This document shows, piece after piece, positions 1 to 13,897 of a DNA stretch of 64,000 bases. The notes below the pieces were generated by a model, which saw only the letters and a program-made list of their open reading frames with translations, did not search any database and had not been told where the DNA came from. The translations under genes and the position numbers were made by a program. Origin of the DNA: Eledone cirrhosa. Lineage: Eukaryota. The DNA lies in contig OZ024743.1 in assembly GCA_964016885.1 (NCBI GenBank), positions 294,314,001-294,378,000 on the forward strand, given 5' to 3'. Position 1 is the first letter of the stretch. Each line of letters starts with the position of its first letter.

Positions 1-92
1 GGTGCTTATTAACACTTCCCCTGTTCATAATATTCATGAACTAGATTGACATGCGCAGCCGAGCTGGAAGTGGTATCAACCACTGCTATATA

Positions 93-151
<59 letters not shown>

Positions 152-899
152 GTGTGTGCGTGCAGATAATATTTTTTATTCTTTACAAAGAAATAAAGAA
201 TTAATGTGTACAGCGAGTTGTACTCTACTTGATTACTTGTAGAACTTGCATAATATTCTGAGATTAATTCCTGTCTATTCAATCATTTGATTGCGAATAT
301 ATATATTCATCCGTATGCTTGTATATACATATAAACTATACATAAATACAAAGATACATACGTATATACATCCACACTGTGTAAACGCATAGTTGACATC
401 AACATCATAATACTCTATCGCTAGAAATAGTAACTAAATATTCTTTAAATCCCATTCAAATAACTTATATGAGGGTTAATTAGTTTGGGTAATGTAATTC
501 TATATTTCTTTAAAAGGCCATGGCGTCGATGGAAGAAATAATTTTCATAAGAAGTTTCCTCGATTAGATCTGACCATGCGCTAAATAAAAATTAGTTTCA
601 TCGTTATCATTATCATCATCACCATCATCGTCATCATCAACAACATTACCCTCCTCCTCGTCCTCATAATCATAATCGTTTTCGCCATCGTCAAAATCAT
701 TATCATCGTTAAGGGGATTTTTAAGTGATCGTTGACCACGCTAGAAATAACAGTCAATTATTTCTCAGCACATACCGTATCTGAAAAAATAGACATGTTG
801 AAGAATGTGATTTTGGGTCAATGAGTACACCTGGATTGCCTTTGACAATAAACGTGCCAGATCAGTGCTAACATAGGGGCTTAACATCATCTTCATCAT

Positions 900-2340
900 C
901 ATCATTAACATCATGAGACGTGGTCCCTGTGATCATCATCAACATCATCGCCCTCTTGATCATTTTCTACATCCCCACCATCAATATAATAACCATCACG
1001 ACCACTACCACCACCTCCACAACCACTGTACGCCACCACAACCAACGACACCACTACAACCACCACCAGTAATAAAACCCCCGCCCTCACACAGCTTCAA
1101 AAATTGTAATCATCACTGAAAATAGCAATGAAGCCACTACTATCATTACAAACACTACCACCCCCTCACTACAACCAACACCAAAACTATCACACACACC
1201 ACCACCACTGCCAATACTATCATTACAATTAATTCCACAACCACCCCAACAACAATCACACCACATCAAACACCAGCACAAGTATCACCAACACCAGCAC
1301 TACTGCAATCACCACAACCAATATGTATATGTTGTTACCAATACCACCACTACAAATATAACCACGACTACTGGCTCAACAATATTTGCATCACCACAAC
1401 TACCGTCTCCATTAATACCAGAACCACAATCACCACCAATACTACCACTACAACTACAATCATCACCAATACCACCACTACAAATACTACCACATCTACC
1501 GGCTCAACAATATTTCCATCACCACAACTACCGTCTCCATTAATACCAGAACCACAATCACCACCAATACTACCACTACAACTACAATCATCACCAATAC
1601 CACCACTACAAATACTACCACATCTACCGGCTCAACAATATTTCCATCGTAAATAACATTCCCATCACTACAACTACCATCTCCATTAACACCAGCATCC
1701 AAATCACCAACAATACCACCACTACAACTACAACCACAACTGTCACCAATACCACCAATACAAGTACTACTACAACCAGCACAAAAATAAATACCAACAC
1801 CGCTAACACCACCAACAACATAAAAATCACAACCAGCACTAACAGCAGAATCAGCAGCAGAATCCCCACGGCCATCAATGACAACAACACCGCCACTATC
1901 ATCAACATCATTAACACCACCATCTCATCAACCTTCACAGACATAAACCTCATCACTATAACCACCACTACCATTACCACCAACAGCTCCACTGCTAACA
2001 CCACCAGCAACATCTCCCCAACCAGTGCAACCAACCCCGCCAGTGCCATAACAACCACCACAACCACCACCACAAAAGCAACCAGCAACAACAGCCCCAT
2101 GATCCCCACAACTAATAACACCACCACCTCCACCTCCACCGCTAACACCAATACTAACATCTTCACAACAAACGCAACCACCACCATCATCGCCATAACA
2201 ATTCACCACCACCACCACCACCATATGCAACACTACCACAACCACGACCACCCCTCCCCCACCACAGCCACTATCACCCCTCACCCCCATGACGACCACT
2301 ACCACCACCTTGAAACAAACAAAATAACATTTTATTGCTA
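900..2340. repeat. ACC/CAA-rich low-complexity tract containing a 128-bp minisatellite (~2.4 copies, ~1337-1648)
   Basis: GGCTCAACAATATTT recurs at 1373, 1501 and 1629. The period of 128 is not a multiple of 3, and the Thr/His/Val-rich ORFs are compositional. Confidence 0.8.
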
Positions 2341-2489
2341 CTAACCTCAGCCAAAGTATTTTGTGGTGATTAATTTAATTTTAGGAGTTCGCTTGTTTGT
2401 TTTTTTACTCACATTAATCCATTTCCGTGTATACGCATGTATGTGTGCATCGCAATGTATACTTGTCTTTAAAATGGAATTGATTACAA

Positions 2490-2950
<461 letters not shown>

Positions 2951-3481
2951 CTCATCCGCTAGAGTCTACGATTAAGTTTAAAAAGATGAATACGCACATC
3001 ATTGTAGTTTTTCTTTGCAAGGATTTCTTTTTCAAATTCTTTCTTTCTCCTTTATTTCAGTGTTGTTTCTGGTGTTGTTATAGGTACAGTTGCTTTCGTA
3101 CTTTAGATTGTTGTTTAAATATTCCAGTAGTTTTTTTGTGGGGCAATTGCTTCTAGTTTCATCAAATAAGAGCTTTGCTTTCTTATTTTTCTAACGTTAC
3201 AACATAGCAGGACGTACTTAGTACGGAAGATTTGGAATCAGAAGACGATAGCTAGAGAAAATAGAAAAAATAAATGGTGAGAATTACACGATGTAAATGA
3301 AAGAAAAAAATACTGTGGCGGTGATACTACTGACGTTATGATGATAATAGTGATTGTAATGACGGTCATGTTGTTGATGATGATGATGAATGTAATAACT
3401 TTGATGAATTCTCGATGGCGAAGACGAAAATGATGTTAATGGTTATGATGAAGAGGGTGATGATTAAAGTCGATAACCTTG

Positions 3482-3532
<51 letters not shown>

Positions 3533-3561
3533 TGTGTGTGTGTCTGTGTGTGTGTATATAT

Positions 3562-3604
<43 letters not shown>

Positions 3605-3754
3605 AATGTTGATTACATAATGAAACCAGCGACGGCGATGGTGATGATGGAACGGATGATAATGGTCGTAATGGTGATGATGATGATGACCATGAAAAAG
3701 ATTTGAACGAAGCATACCAATACCTAGATGTAAAATCGAATAAAAACGAAAACA

Positions 3755-3903
3755 TTGTAGTATTATTATTATTAGTAGTAGTAGTAGTAGTAGTAGTAGT
3801 AATAGTAGTAGTAGTAGTAATAGTAGTAGTACTATTAGTAGTAGTAGTAGTGGTGGTGGTGGTGGCGGTAGTGGTGGTGGGGGTGATGGTAGTAGTAGTA
3901 GTG

Positions 3904-3940
<37 letters not shown>

Positions 3941-4129
3941 GGGTGATGGTAATAGTTTTAGTAGTAGTAGTGGTGGTGGTGGTGGTAGTGGTGGTGGGAG
4001 TGATGGTAGCAGTAGTAGTAGTAGCGGTGGTGGTGGTGGTGGTGGTGGTAGTGGTGGTGGTGGTGGGGGTGATGGTAGTAGTAGTAGTAGTAGTGGTGGT
4101 GGTGGTGGTGGTAGTGGTGGTGAGGGTGA

Positions 4130-4161
<32 letters not shown>

Positions 4162-4180
4162 GTAGTAGTAGTAGTATAGT
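3755..4180. repeat. (GTA)n/(GTG)n/(TTA)n compound trinucleotide microsatellite
   Basis: Direct reading. The poly-Val ORF is an artefact. Confidence 0.95.
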
Positions 4181-5589
4181 AGTAAAATGAAGAAGACGAA
4201 GTAGGAAAGTGAGTAGAGCAATTTACTGTTCAAGAGAATTCAATAGGTAATATAGAATTGGATTAGTGACTTTTACCTTAATGACAAACATCATCTGTGA
4301 TTAAAGATACACAAGCACACTCTTTCGCTTTCTTCTTTTCAGGGTCGATAAAAATAAAATAGGAGTCCATATCGGTTAATTGAAAGTGTTGCAATGACGA
4401 ACGAGAAGCATGGCGATATTTGATTCGGCGTTCTGATTTCAAATTCCACGTGAGACTATTTGGAGATTTGGATGGTATATATAATTAAAATATCCATGGA
4501 CTGGGTCGTAGCGGCACCATAGTGTCACGGGCATTTAAAGCTGGCGGAGTTCATCCGCATCCAGGTCTGAATACAGGTGATTTCTTCCAGATAACAAAAG
4601 AGAGAGAGAGTTAGAAAAAAAGAGGGGGGGGGTAAGAGTGAGAGGGAGAGTGAGAGAGAGGATGGGAGTGCCAGGGGGAAAGAATTAGATAGGAAGTGAG
4701 AAAATGAATAAGAGGAAGAATGGATTCGAGAACCGACACAATACTCTAATAATCAACGTTAAAACGATGAAACACAACCTTGTCCATCGCCGCATTTGGA
4801 CTCAGTGTACAGAGTTAAGCGTACACGCCACACGTGTTTCAGTAGATTCGTGTGTAAATTTGCTACGTTGTTGATATTATGACTTTCTTTTCTTAACACT
4901 CTTCTAATGTTATACACACACACACACATATATATATATACATAAGATAGATAGATAAATAGATATTAGATAGATAGATATATAACAAAATATATACTCA
5001 TCAAAGAGGTGTACTGTGGGCGTTGGTGAACAAAGAGGATTTTTGCAGGGAATACTAATTTGCAAAACTATTTACTGACTTCAATTCATTATTGCTTCCA
5101 ATCTCTTATTATGAAAACAACAACAACAAAAACAATGAGTGAAGCTATAGCAAGAAGAACACTTAATTAAAAACCTATGTATCATCGACAACATTTAAAA
5201 GAATGACAACAATAATATCTGTTTTCGACCTCCGTCAGTTCTTATTACAACGACCAGGATTTCTGTTCATGCGATCAAAGAAAAACCGTATACGCTAAAT
5301 TATTGTGCATATGGCTGAGAATTTCAATAAACCGTGTTCCAGCAAAGTAGTTCTCATTATAATTCTGTGTGAAATACTGTGTGATAAATTTGGAAATTTA
5401 AATAAAAGGTACAACTCATTATTCCCCAGGTGAATAGACAGGATCAACGGGAAATCAAGGACAGAATGTACCACCGAGAACTGACTATTCTAACCATTAT
5501 GTCACGTGACTTTACAAACCATGTGGCTGCCCAATAGCTGAATGCTTAAGAATTTTGCTTTGCACTAATAAGGTCACACATTCTAAATA

Positions 5590-5765
5590 ATTGTTTCTAC
5601 TTTTGGCACAATGCCAGCAATAACCAGTACATTACTGGTACTTTATTTTATCGACTCCGTAAGGATGAAAGGCAAAGTTAACCTCGGCGGGATTTGAGCT
5701 CAGTCCGTAAAGGGACGTAACTCTGTGCTGCAAAGCATGTTGTCCGACCCTCTACCGTTAATACA
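5590..5765 (-). mobile_element. tRNA-derived SINE
   Basis: The reverse complement matches the SINE at 59812-60030 (B-box-like GAGCTCAAATCCCGCC, GGAGTCGATAAAATAAAGTACCAG core, GCTGGCATTGTGCCAAAAGTAGAAAC tail). Confidence 0.8.
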
Positions 5766-6745
5766 TCCCTACATATTAAATATAAAATTCCTTGGAAATG
5801 GATTCATGTTTCTAGTGAAGATGTGGAGATAATGTATGTACAAAACTTGCTTTCATTAGAAAATGAGTAAGCTGAACATTCTAACTACTTAGCCACAAGC
5901 ATGTACTCTACATACAACATTAACAACAATAGCAAAACAATAACAACATACTGGACCACCGCCGGTTTAGACAATGTGCCATCCATTTGTTTACTCAAAG
6001 AAACAATCTCCTTATGGAATTAACCTGTATCTCAGCATTTCACAGGCGCATAAACCCTTAATGATATTCTTAGAGAAATTCTGCGTGACACAATATGTGA
6101 TAAATCTTGGCCTTTGATTTACAGATACATTCAATCTGAAGAGCATCTAATAGTTTCTCTTAATCTAATTTCACTAACAAGTCCTGGGCCGACCTATGAT
6201 CCGGATATATAACACTAACCTAAAACACAGTGGAATGAAAACGGGGACATATGGTTTCGGAGCAATCTTCTTAACCTATCCGTTATGCTATGTCCATGAC
6301 AACTACAACAACGAGACGAACGAAAGCGATGATGTTCAATACAAGTTGTGAGAAGTAGGATAGATTAGAAAGCCAACAGAAATATATATATTAAAGAAAC
6401 AAAAACTTCTACACATCGTCTACGCCAAGAGAGTCTCATATCATTACATGTGTATAGAAAAGCTTGTCATCCTTTTCCCCTCTACCCCGCATACCCACAT
6501 ACACGCAAAAAGCCATACTTACACAAATACACATATACATACTAACGTTTCTCATTCTTTATTTCAATCCCACTCTCTCTCTATATATATATACATGTAT
6601 GTATGTATGTATGTATGTATGTATGTATGTATGTATACAAACATAGATACACATATATATATACACATATATATGTATATGTATATATACATGTATATAT
6701 ATGTATATATATATTTGTATATATATGTATATATATATATGTGTA

Positions 6746-6783
<38 letters not shown>

Positions 6784-6823
6784 ATTATATGTATTTATAT
6801 ATATATGTGTGTATATATGTATA

Positions 6824-6907
<84 letters not shown>

Positions 6908-6933
6908 TACGTATCTATATGTATATACATATT

Positions 6934-7003
<70 letters not shown>

Positions 7004-7695
7004 TATATATGTATCTATATGTATATACATATTTGTGTATATATATATATACACGCACGCACATGTACACACACACATATATATATATATACACACAAAT
7101 GTATATAGGTGGCTGTGTGAGTGGGTCAGGTTTAGGAAAGGTTTGTGTATGTTTGTGTTTATAAATGATGTGCTATATTTTGAAAAGAAGAAGACTGGTG
7201 GTGTAGCCCTTCAAATTAAGTACTTTCTCCTCCTGGGAAATAAACATTTTGAATAGCAATGATTTTGCTTTCCATTTAGCGTCAACAATACCAATCTTGA
7301 AGTTTAGTCTTTCCCTACGTCTGCTATATATCCGTATCTGTTAGCACGCACATAAACAAAATCACACATACTCTCACAGATACACATACATATAGATACA
7401 TACACGTGAAAATACAATCTCATAGACATTTTCATATATACGCACAAGAACACATCATGTACACATATATGCGACATGTATATAGATATCGATGTTCATG
7501 GATTCACACCAATTTCTTTGCATTTAGGTACTAAAATGCAGCTATACGCACAATCACACACATACACACACACATACACATATATATTTATGTATATACA
7601 TATGTGTATACATAGATATATAATTAAATACACATATGCATACAAAAATCACATACATACGCACAGACACTTTCAGACTTCCACACAATACACAC

Positions 7696-7740
<45 letters not shown>

Positions 7741-7767
7741 CGCGCACACGCACACCCACACACACAC

Positions 7768-7802
<35 letters not shown>

Positions 7803-8529
7803 CACGCGTGTGTTTGTGTGTTTGTTAATATGTGTGTGAAACGTCTGTATCTGGGTTTAATCAATGAAAATATTGATGTGCAATTTCGTCACGTTATTTT
7901 AAATATATATCTATTGTGTGTGTGTGTATATATATATAAATATATATCATAATTATAAGTGTTTGTGAGTGTGTGTCCTATCCATCGATATGCATCTAGA
8001 AATAGGTAGATAAAATTATTTTACAAACATAACATGATAATGTGGACACCCACAAACATTTTGTTTTCTACGCCATCGTTTTCAAACTGTTGAAAACACC
8101 TGTATCTACCGGAATCAACCAAAATTCCAAGAAAACCCAAATCGACCTGTCTCTCTATATAAATATGGAAAAGTCTCCTATCTTTAAAATTAAACATTGA
8201 TTATTAAACTTAAAATGTAATCGTTCTACTGTAAATGATTATAATTATATTATTCGATCACAATAAATAAGCAGTGTTGGTCAATCCAAACACTCGACCA
8301 ACTAGGGTGTAATCGAAATCACTGCACGCCGTGAATATCATAAAATATTACGTATATAGTATCGATATTAAGAAGAGAGGCAGTTTCACATATTCAACTT
8401 CACTTTATTTCATCACACCTATTATGTACATTTCAAACGCGGCCAATCGTCATTGTGTAGCAGTTATCCAATGCATTGTCATGAGAAAAGGCATTTAAAT
8501 AGAAAGAATGTTTTGTTTTTGCTTTTCAG

Positions 8530-8615
8530 TTTCATTATATCTGCCACCGAAGGGTTGTTGACGTTTCATGTACTGGTATGGGTGTACGGCACTATATGTA
8601 CATTGGCGCTGGCAG
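8530..8615 (+). CDS. candidate internal exon of an unidentified host gene
   Basis: Non-repetitive 86 nt bounded by TTTTTGCTTTTCAG| and CAG|GTGAGA. Two frames are open (FIISATEGLLTFHVLVWVYGTICTLALA or FHYICHRRVVDVSCTGMGVRHYMYIGAG). No recognised homology. Confidence 0.4.
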
Positions 8616-9001
8616 GTGAGAGGTAGGGAGAGTGATCTACTGTAGTGTTTGCAAGAAGTTCACTAAGAAAAGTCAGGCAGTTTCCACTTTGGTAATTTAC
8701 TCTGGCTCATCAAGGGGTTATAAACAAATACATTTTTAAGTTGTTTTATCTTTCTTTATTATTTTATTGTTACACATTATCAGTTAACTCTCTACGAATA
8801 ACCACTGTCATCATACTCACTATCACATTACACAATGACATTTGGATGCCTTTAAAATGTACATAACAAGTGTAATGTAATAAACTGAAGTTGAATATGT
8901 GAAACCATCTCTCTCCCTCCTTACTAAATATATACACCGAGAAAGAAAGATATATATATACATACATACATAAACACACACACACACACATACCCCCCCC
9001 C

Positions 9002-9096
<95 letters not shown>

Positions 9097-9319
9097 GGGG
9101 GGGAGGGAGAGAAAGAGATAATTTGCGTATATTTTATGTATGAAAATTGACAACCTATTATACTAACACTATCGTAGGATTTTTTTTTAGTATACTGAAT
9201 ATTTTGCACGAAGATATTTTCTCTCTGTAGGAAATATTTGGTATATTCATATCACGAATAATATATTTGTATTTATAGATATATATGTATGTATCTTTAT
9301 ATGTTTATATTTATGTAGG

Positions 9320-9480
9320 GTACGCGATGAAATAGAAGAGTCGTTAAAACATTGTATCGAACGCTTTGGAGTATTCATTCCGGCTCTCTGTGTTCAACTC
9401 TCTGAGTTCAAATCCTGCCGAGTTCAACCTTTCGAGGCGATGAAAAAGTACCAATCCAGTATTGGGTTAAATTTGGCTTC
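9320..9480 (+). mobile_element. degenerate SINE copy
   Basis: B-box GAGTTCAAATCCTGCCGAG followed by a decayed AAAAAGTACCA core. Confidence 0.55.
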
Positions 9481-9734
9481 TACATTATTTTCTCTCTATC
9501 ACTTTCTATCACTCCTTCTGTAAAAGAAACCACCCGAGATGATATGAGCTTAAAAATGATCAAGACTTCTCTAGAAAGCGCTTGAAATTAATCCTACTTG
9601 ATACCCAATTCTCAGTACACATATCAGCCGCAGCAACTCTGTTTCATGTCTTTTGCAATAGTTGGAAGGCAGGATAGACACACAGACATGGTACTTAAAT
9701 ATATGGATTTGAAAAACATTAAAATAATTACATG

Positions 9735-9787
<53 letters not shown>

Positions 9788-9790
9788 AGC

Positions 9791-10083
9791 TGCATTTATC
9801 TTGTTTTATGTCCATACGAGTTATCACCAAGTCACAATTAGTGACCTCAAGAGACAACAAGCTCCGCCATGTTCAAGAAAGAACATACATACTCACACAT
9901 GCATCTTTAGGTGTTTAGACTTGTGATGTATTTATATTGACAGAATCTTCCTTAGTATATGGGCAGTTCCCACTAGTATTATCTTTTGTATTTCTCCTAT
10001 ACGCGGGTTTCCTGGGATTTGCGATAAGTAATCATTAGACCCCTTAGGTATCATTCCTAGAGCGCCTACAACCACTGGTATTG

Positions 10084-10088
<5 letters not shown>
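9791..10088 (-). mobile_element. R4/Dong-like family B, 5'-truncated 3'-end copy (~300 bp)
   Basis: Near-identical to 13898-14194; flanked by (TTA)n on both sides. Confidence 0.9.
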
Positions 10089-10147
<59 letters not shown>

Positions 10148-10156
10148 GTTGTTATT

Positions 10157-13100
10157 CCTTGAATCTCAGTCATTGATGTTGGTTAACTGGAAAGTCCGTT
10201 GGAATGAATATCAAGCCACTACCTGCAGCCTCAGATATTCAGGACGTATCGGAGGGTTCTTGCTGTTCCCAGCAAGCATGCCTTTTGAAGCGTTTCAAAA
10301 AGCGTAAAGGGGCCGATTTTCTTTAACCATCCCTGGAAACTTTTGGAGATAGTCCCCAGTGCGCCTATGACAATCGAGATCACTTTGACTTCATGGCAGT
10401 TCCAAATCCTTTTCACCTCCCACTTTAGGTCCTGGTATCGGTTAATTTTCTCCCTCTCCTTCTCTTGCACTCTCGTGTCGAAAGGGCAGGCCACATCCAC
10501 AATCAGACACGATCTTTTTTCTTTGTCCACAACCACCAGGTCAGGTCCATTGTGTTCCAGTTTTTTGTCCGTCTGTATCCTAAAATCCCACAGCACCTTC
10601 ACCTGATTGTTCTCCATCACCGCCTCTGGCCTATGCTCATACCATTTCTCAGAATGTGGTAAATTGTTTACTTTGCACAGGTGCCAGTGGGTCACCCTGC
10701 CCATCACATCGTGTCTCCAGCCCTTATAGTGGGTCTGGGCTAGGTGTTTACACTCGGACACAATGTGAGCCACAGTCTCCTCTCTCTCTCCACAGATCCT
10801 GCACAGTGGGCTAGCCTCCTCCTTGTAAATATGGTGCTTCAACCACTTCGTTTTGAGGGCCTGCTCCTGCGCAGCCATTAGCATTCCTTCTGTAGCCTTT
10901 TTGAGGTCTCCTCTTCTCAACCAGTTCCATGTCTGTGGATCTCTAAATTCAGTTTTCTCAAAGAAGGTACTATGAAGGGATTTTCCCTTAAGGCTGCTCT
11001 TCCTCCTTGATGTTATTTCCTCCTTGGACATCCCCTGGCCTACTGTCCCCTCCTTCAGTACAGTTCTGAGCATTGGCTCCTTACTATAGGTCACGTATTT
11101 GTATAGGTTGTTTTTCTCCATCTGAACACAGTCCTCTATGCTGATAAGACCTCTTCCACCCTCAGATCTCCTTAGGTAGGGTCTATCGACATCACTCCTC
11201 TTGTGGAACATGTTGTAGATAGTCAATAGCTTCCTAGTCTTCCTATCCATTTCTTTTTGTTCAGCAACATTCCATCTCAGAATTCCCGCACTGTACCTAA
11301 TAATAGACACAGCTCGGGAATTTACTGCGCTTATGGCATTTCTGCTGTTCAGATGTGACTTCAATACGCTCCTTACTCTCCGAATGTATTCAGTTCTTAA
11401 CAATTCCTTCATTTTTTTGTTCTTTATGCCATCAGCCTCCAGAACGTCCAAATACTTGTATCCTTCCTCAGAGTCAATTTCCTTTATCATCTCACCTGTT
11501 GGTATCTGGATCCCGTTACTTCTGCTCAACCTACCCCTCCTCATCACAATGACTCCACATTTACTAATACCAAACTACATACATATATCACTGCTGAAAA
11601 TACGGACAGTGTCAACAAGCACATCCAACTCCTTCTCACTTTTACCGAAGAGCTTAAGATCGTCCATGAAGAGGAGGTGATTGATGGTAAGCTCTCCCTT
11701 TCCCAACTTGTATCCTGCTCTCACTTTTCGCAGCATAATGGTCAAGGGCATCAGGGCAAGGACAAACAACAGAGGGGACAGGCTATCTCCCTGGAAGATA
11801 CCTCTCTTGATCTTCACGCTTCCCAAGGATACTCCAGTTGATGTCAACTCTGTCTCCCAGGACCCCATACTCCTGCCCAGCAACTGTCTGATGTTATCTG
11901 CCACCCTGAAGATCTCCAGGCTTTTGGTGATCCAAGAATGAGGCACCATGTCAAATGCCTTTCTGTAGTCTATCCATCCCATGGCAAGATCAGTGTGTCT
12001 CATCCTGCAATTCCCCATTACCATCTTATCAATAAGTAACTGGTCCTTTGTACCACGTGACTTCTTTCGGCATCCTTTCTGTTCGTCCGGTAACAAGTTG
12101 TTTGTGTGGAGGTGATGGTAGATTTCCTCAGACACAATGCTCGTCAACAGTTTCCACATTACGGACAGACATGTGATAGGTCTATAGTTGGCAACATCAT
12201 TACCCTTGATTAGGTCTTTCATTATCAGAACTGTGGTACCTTTTGTCAACCACTCTGGCACCTCACCCGACACCAAGCAGTCATTGAACATGGCCGTCAG
12301 CTTCGGGTGGAGGGATGTTAAATTTTTAATCCAATACCCCTGCACACCATCTGGGCCTGGTGATTTCCATTTGGTTAGTTTTTTGCCCTGCCCCTTAAGA
12401 GTTTCAACTGTGATACTCAAATCAGTTTGTTGGTGTGCCTGCTCACCGATCTCCCTCTGTACTGTCTCAATCCACCCTGCCTGGACATTATGTCTAACAT
12501 CATGCTCCCATATTCCTCTCCAGAATGCTTTAGTTTGCTCCGCCCCAGGGATCAAGTCGTTGCCTCTTTCTTTGCCCTCAAGCTGTCCAAACAGCATCTT
12601 CTGGTTGTTGTCGAACATGCGGTTCTGTTTATACTGACTGACTCTGTTCTCGTATCGCCTGATTTTTGCACTCTTTGCTACAATGCGTTGCTTCAGTTCC
12701 TCTATGATAATATTTAGCTTTTTCCTACTAGTTTTGTACTTTATTTCCAGTCTATTTTTAGTGCCTATGTTTTTTAGTGTCCCATTCAGTAGTGACTCGT
12801 GCTTTCCTATGTCATTTCTCATTTCCCCGATTTGACCACTCAGTCGTTTCTTCCACCACGGCTCTGCTCTTTCTTGTCTGTTGTTTCCTCTCGCTTTTAT
12901 ACCTAGTAGTTTCCTCACCGTATTTGCTGTTGCTTTGAGGATATTGTTGCACTGGTGAAGGCTCCTCGCCTCAAGGTATGGGATAACTTTGTTTACCTTA
13001 GCTGTTGTTTCTTTTAACTTTTTCCTGTCTACAAATCTTAGGTTCATAGGTCTCCCACTATCATTGTTCAATTCATCTACCAATAAGTTTAGGATGTCAA

Positions 13101-13858
13101 CCGAATCTTGTCCTAGCCCGTCAGCATTCATCTCCTCAGTGGCCGTATCTCTGTTCCAGGTATTATTTATCTCAGTATTCAGATCATTGTCTGCTTCGAG
13201 TGGTTCCTCCGTTCTCAGGACCTCTTCACCTTCATTTCCCACTGGCTCGCTTGTCTGGCATACTACACCCGCCATCTCCAAGCCATTCTCTCTGCTCAGT
13301 TCCTCCAGTTCCAGCTCGCTTATACACCCATTAGTTCTTATTACCCGAGCCTGCCCGGCCAATTTTTGTTCATCTAATTTAAATAGACCAATCTCGTTCC
13401 AGATGTTATGCATCCGTCTCCTGTAGCCCCTTTCCTTGGGGTTACTTTTCAGGTAACATTGCATAACAGTTCTATTCAATTCTTTCGTCCAGTTGGTTCT
13501 GGCCCCTTTCCTTCTTCTTCTTCCTCCAACATCAGCAGTATTTGGTTGACAGTCAGGTTCCTGCTGCTGAGCCAGGGGGCACCTGTTGGGTGAGAGTCTG
13601 TCACATGACGTTCTAGTCTCCATTTCACCGTTATTTGAACTGTTTATGTTCGATATTTAAACACTCTTATCGAGGATTGGCGAATGTATGGTTACATAGC
13701 CATCTGTGGATTCGCCGTTCCACTTGGCCCTTGTGTGGCATTATCACCACGCTGTATACGAACACACATAAACAAACAAACACACAGGCAGAAAGGGCCC
13801 CCAAAATTAATAAGCATAAGTTTCATTGTAATGTAGTGTTCGAATGTCTGACTTAGTT

Positions 13859-13862
<4 letters not shown>
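10157..13862 (-). mobile_element. R4/Dong-like RLE non-LTR retrotransposon family A, apparently full length
   Basis: Single long ORF with N-terminal NWTKE..VMQCY motif, RT ([21 protein letters not shown]), CCHC finger (CRICG..HIVSEC) and RLE (PDLVVVD..IVDVACP..EKINRY). (TTA)n at both ends. Confidence 0.92.
10231..13623 (-). pseudogene. RT-RLE ORF of family A (1130 codons) with one in-frame TAG at 11575-11577
   Basis: The 682-aa and 438-aa ORFs are in the same frame. The sister copy has CAG (ICMQFG) at the equivalent site (~19444). Confidence 0.9.

Positions 13863-13897
<35 letters not shown>

Noticed and set aside
900-2340. mucin-like Thr-rich or His-rich protein
   Set aside because: Frames are interrupted, the repeat unit (128 bp) is not a multiple of 3, and no clear splice signals are present.
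4343-4600. GC-richer unique segment as a possible exon
   Set aside because: All frames hit stops quickly on both strands, and no phase-compatible join was found.
11575-11577. programmed stop read-through or two-ORF organisation in family A
   Set aside because: The sister copy has CAG at this site, and the stop falls inside the RT region; a point mutation or sequencing error is simpler.
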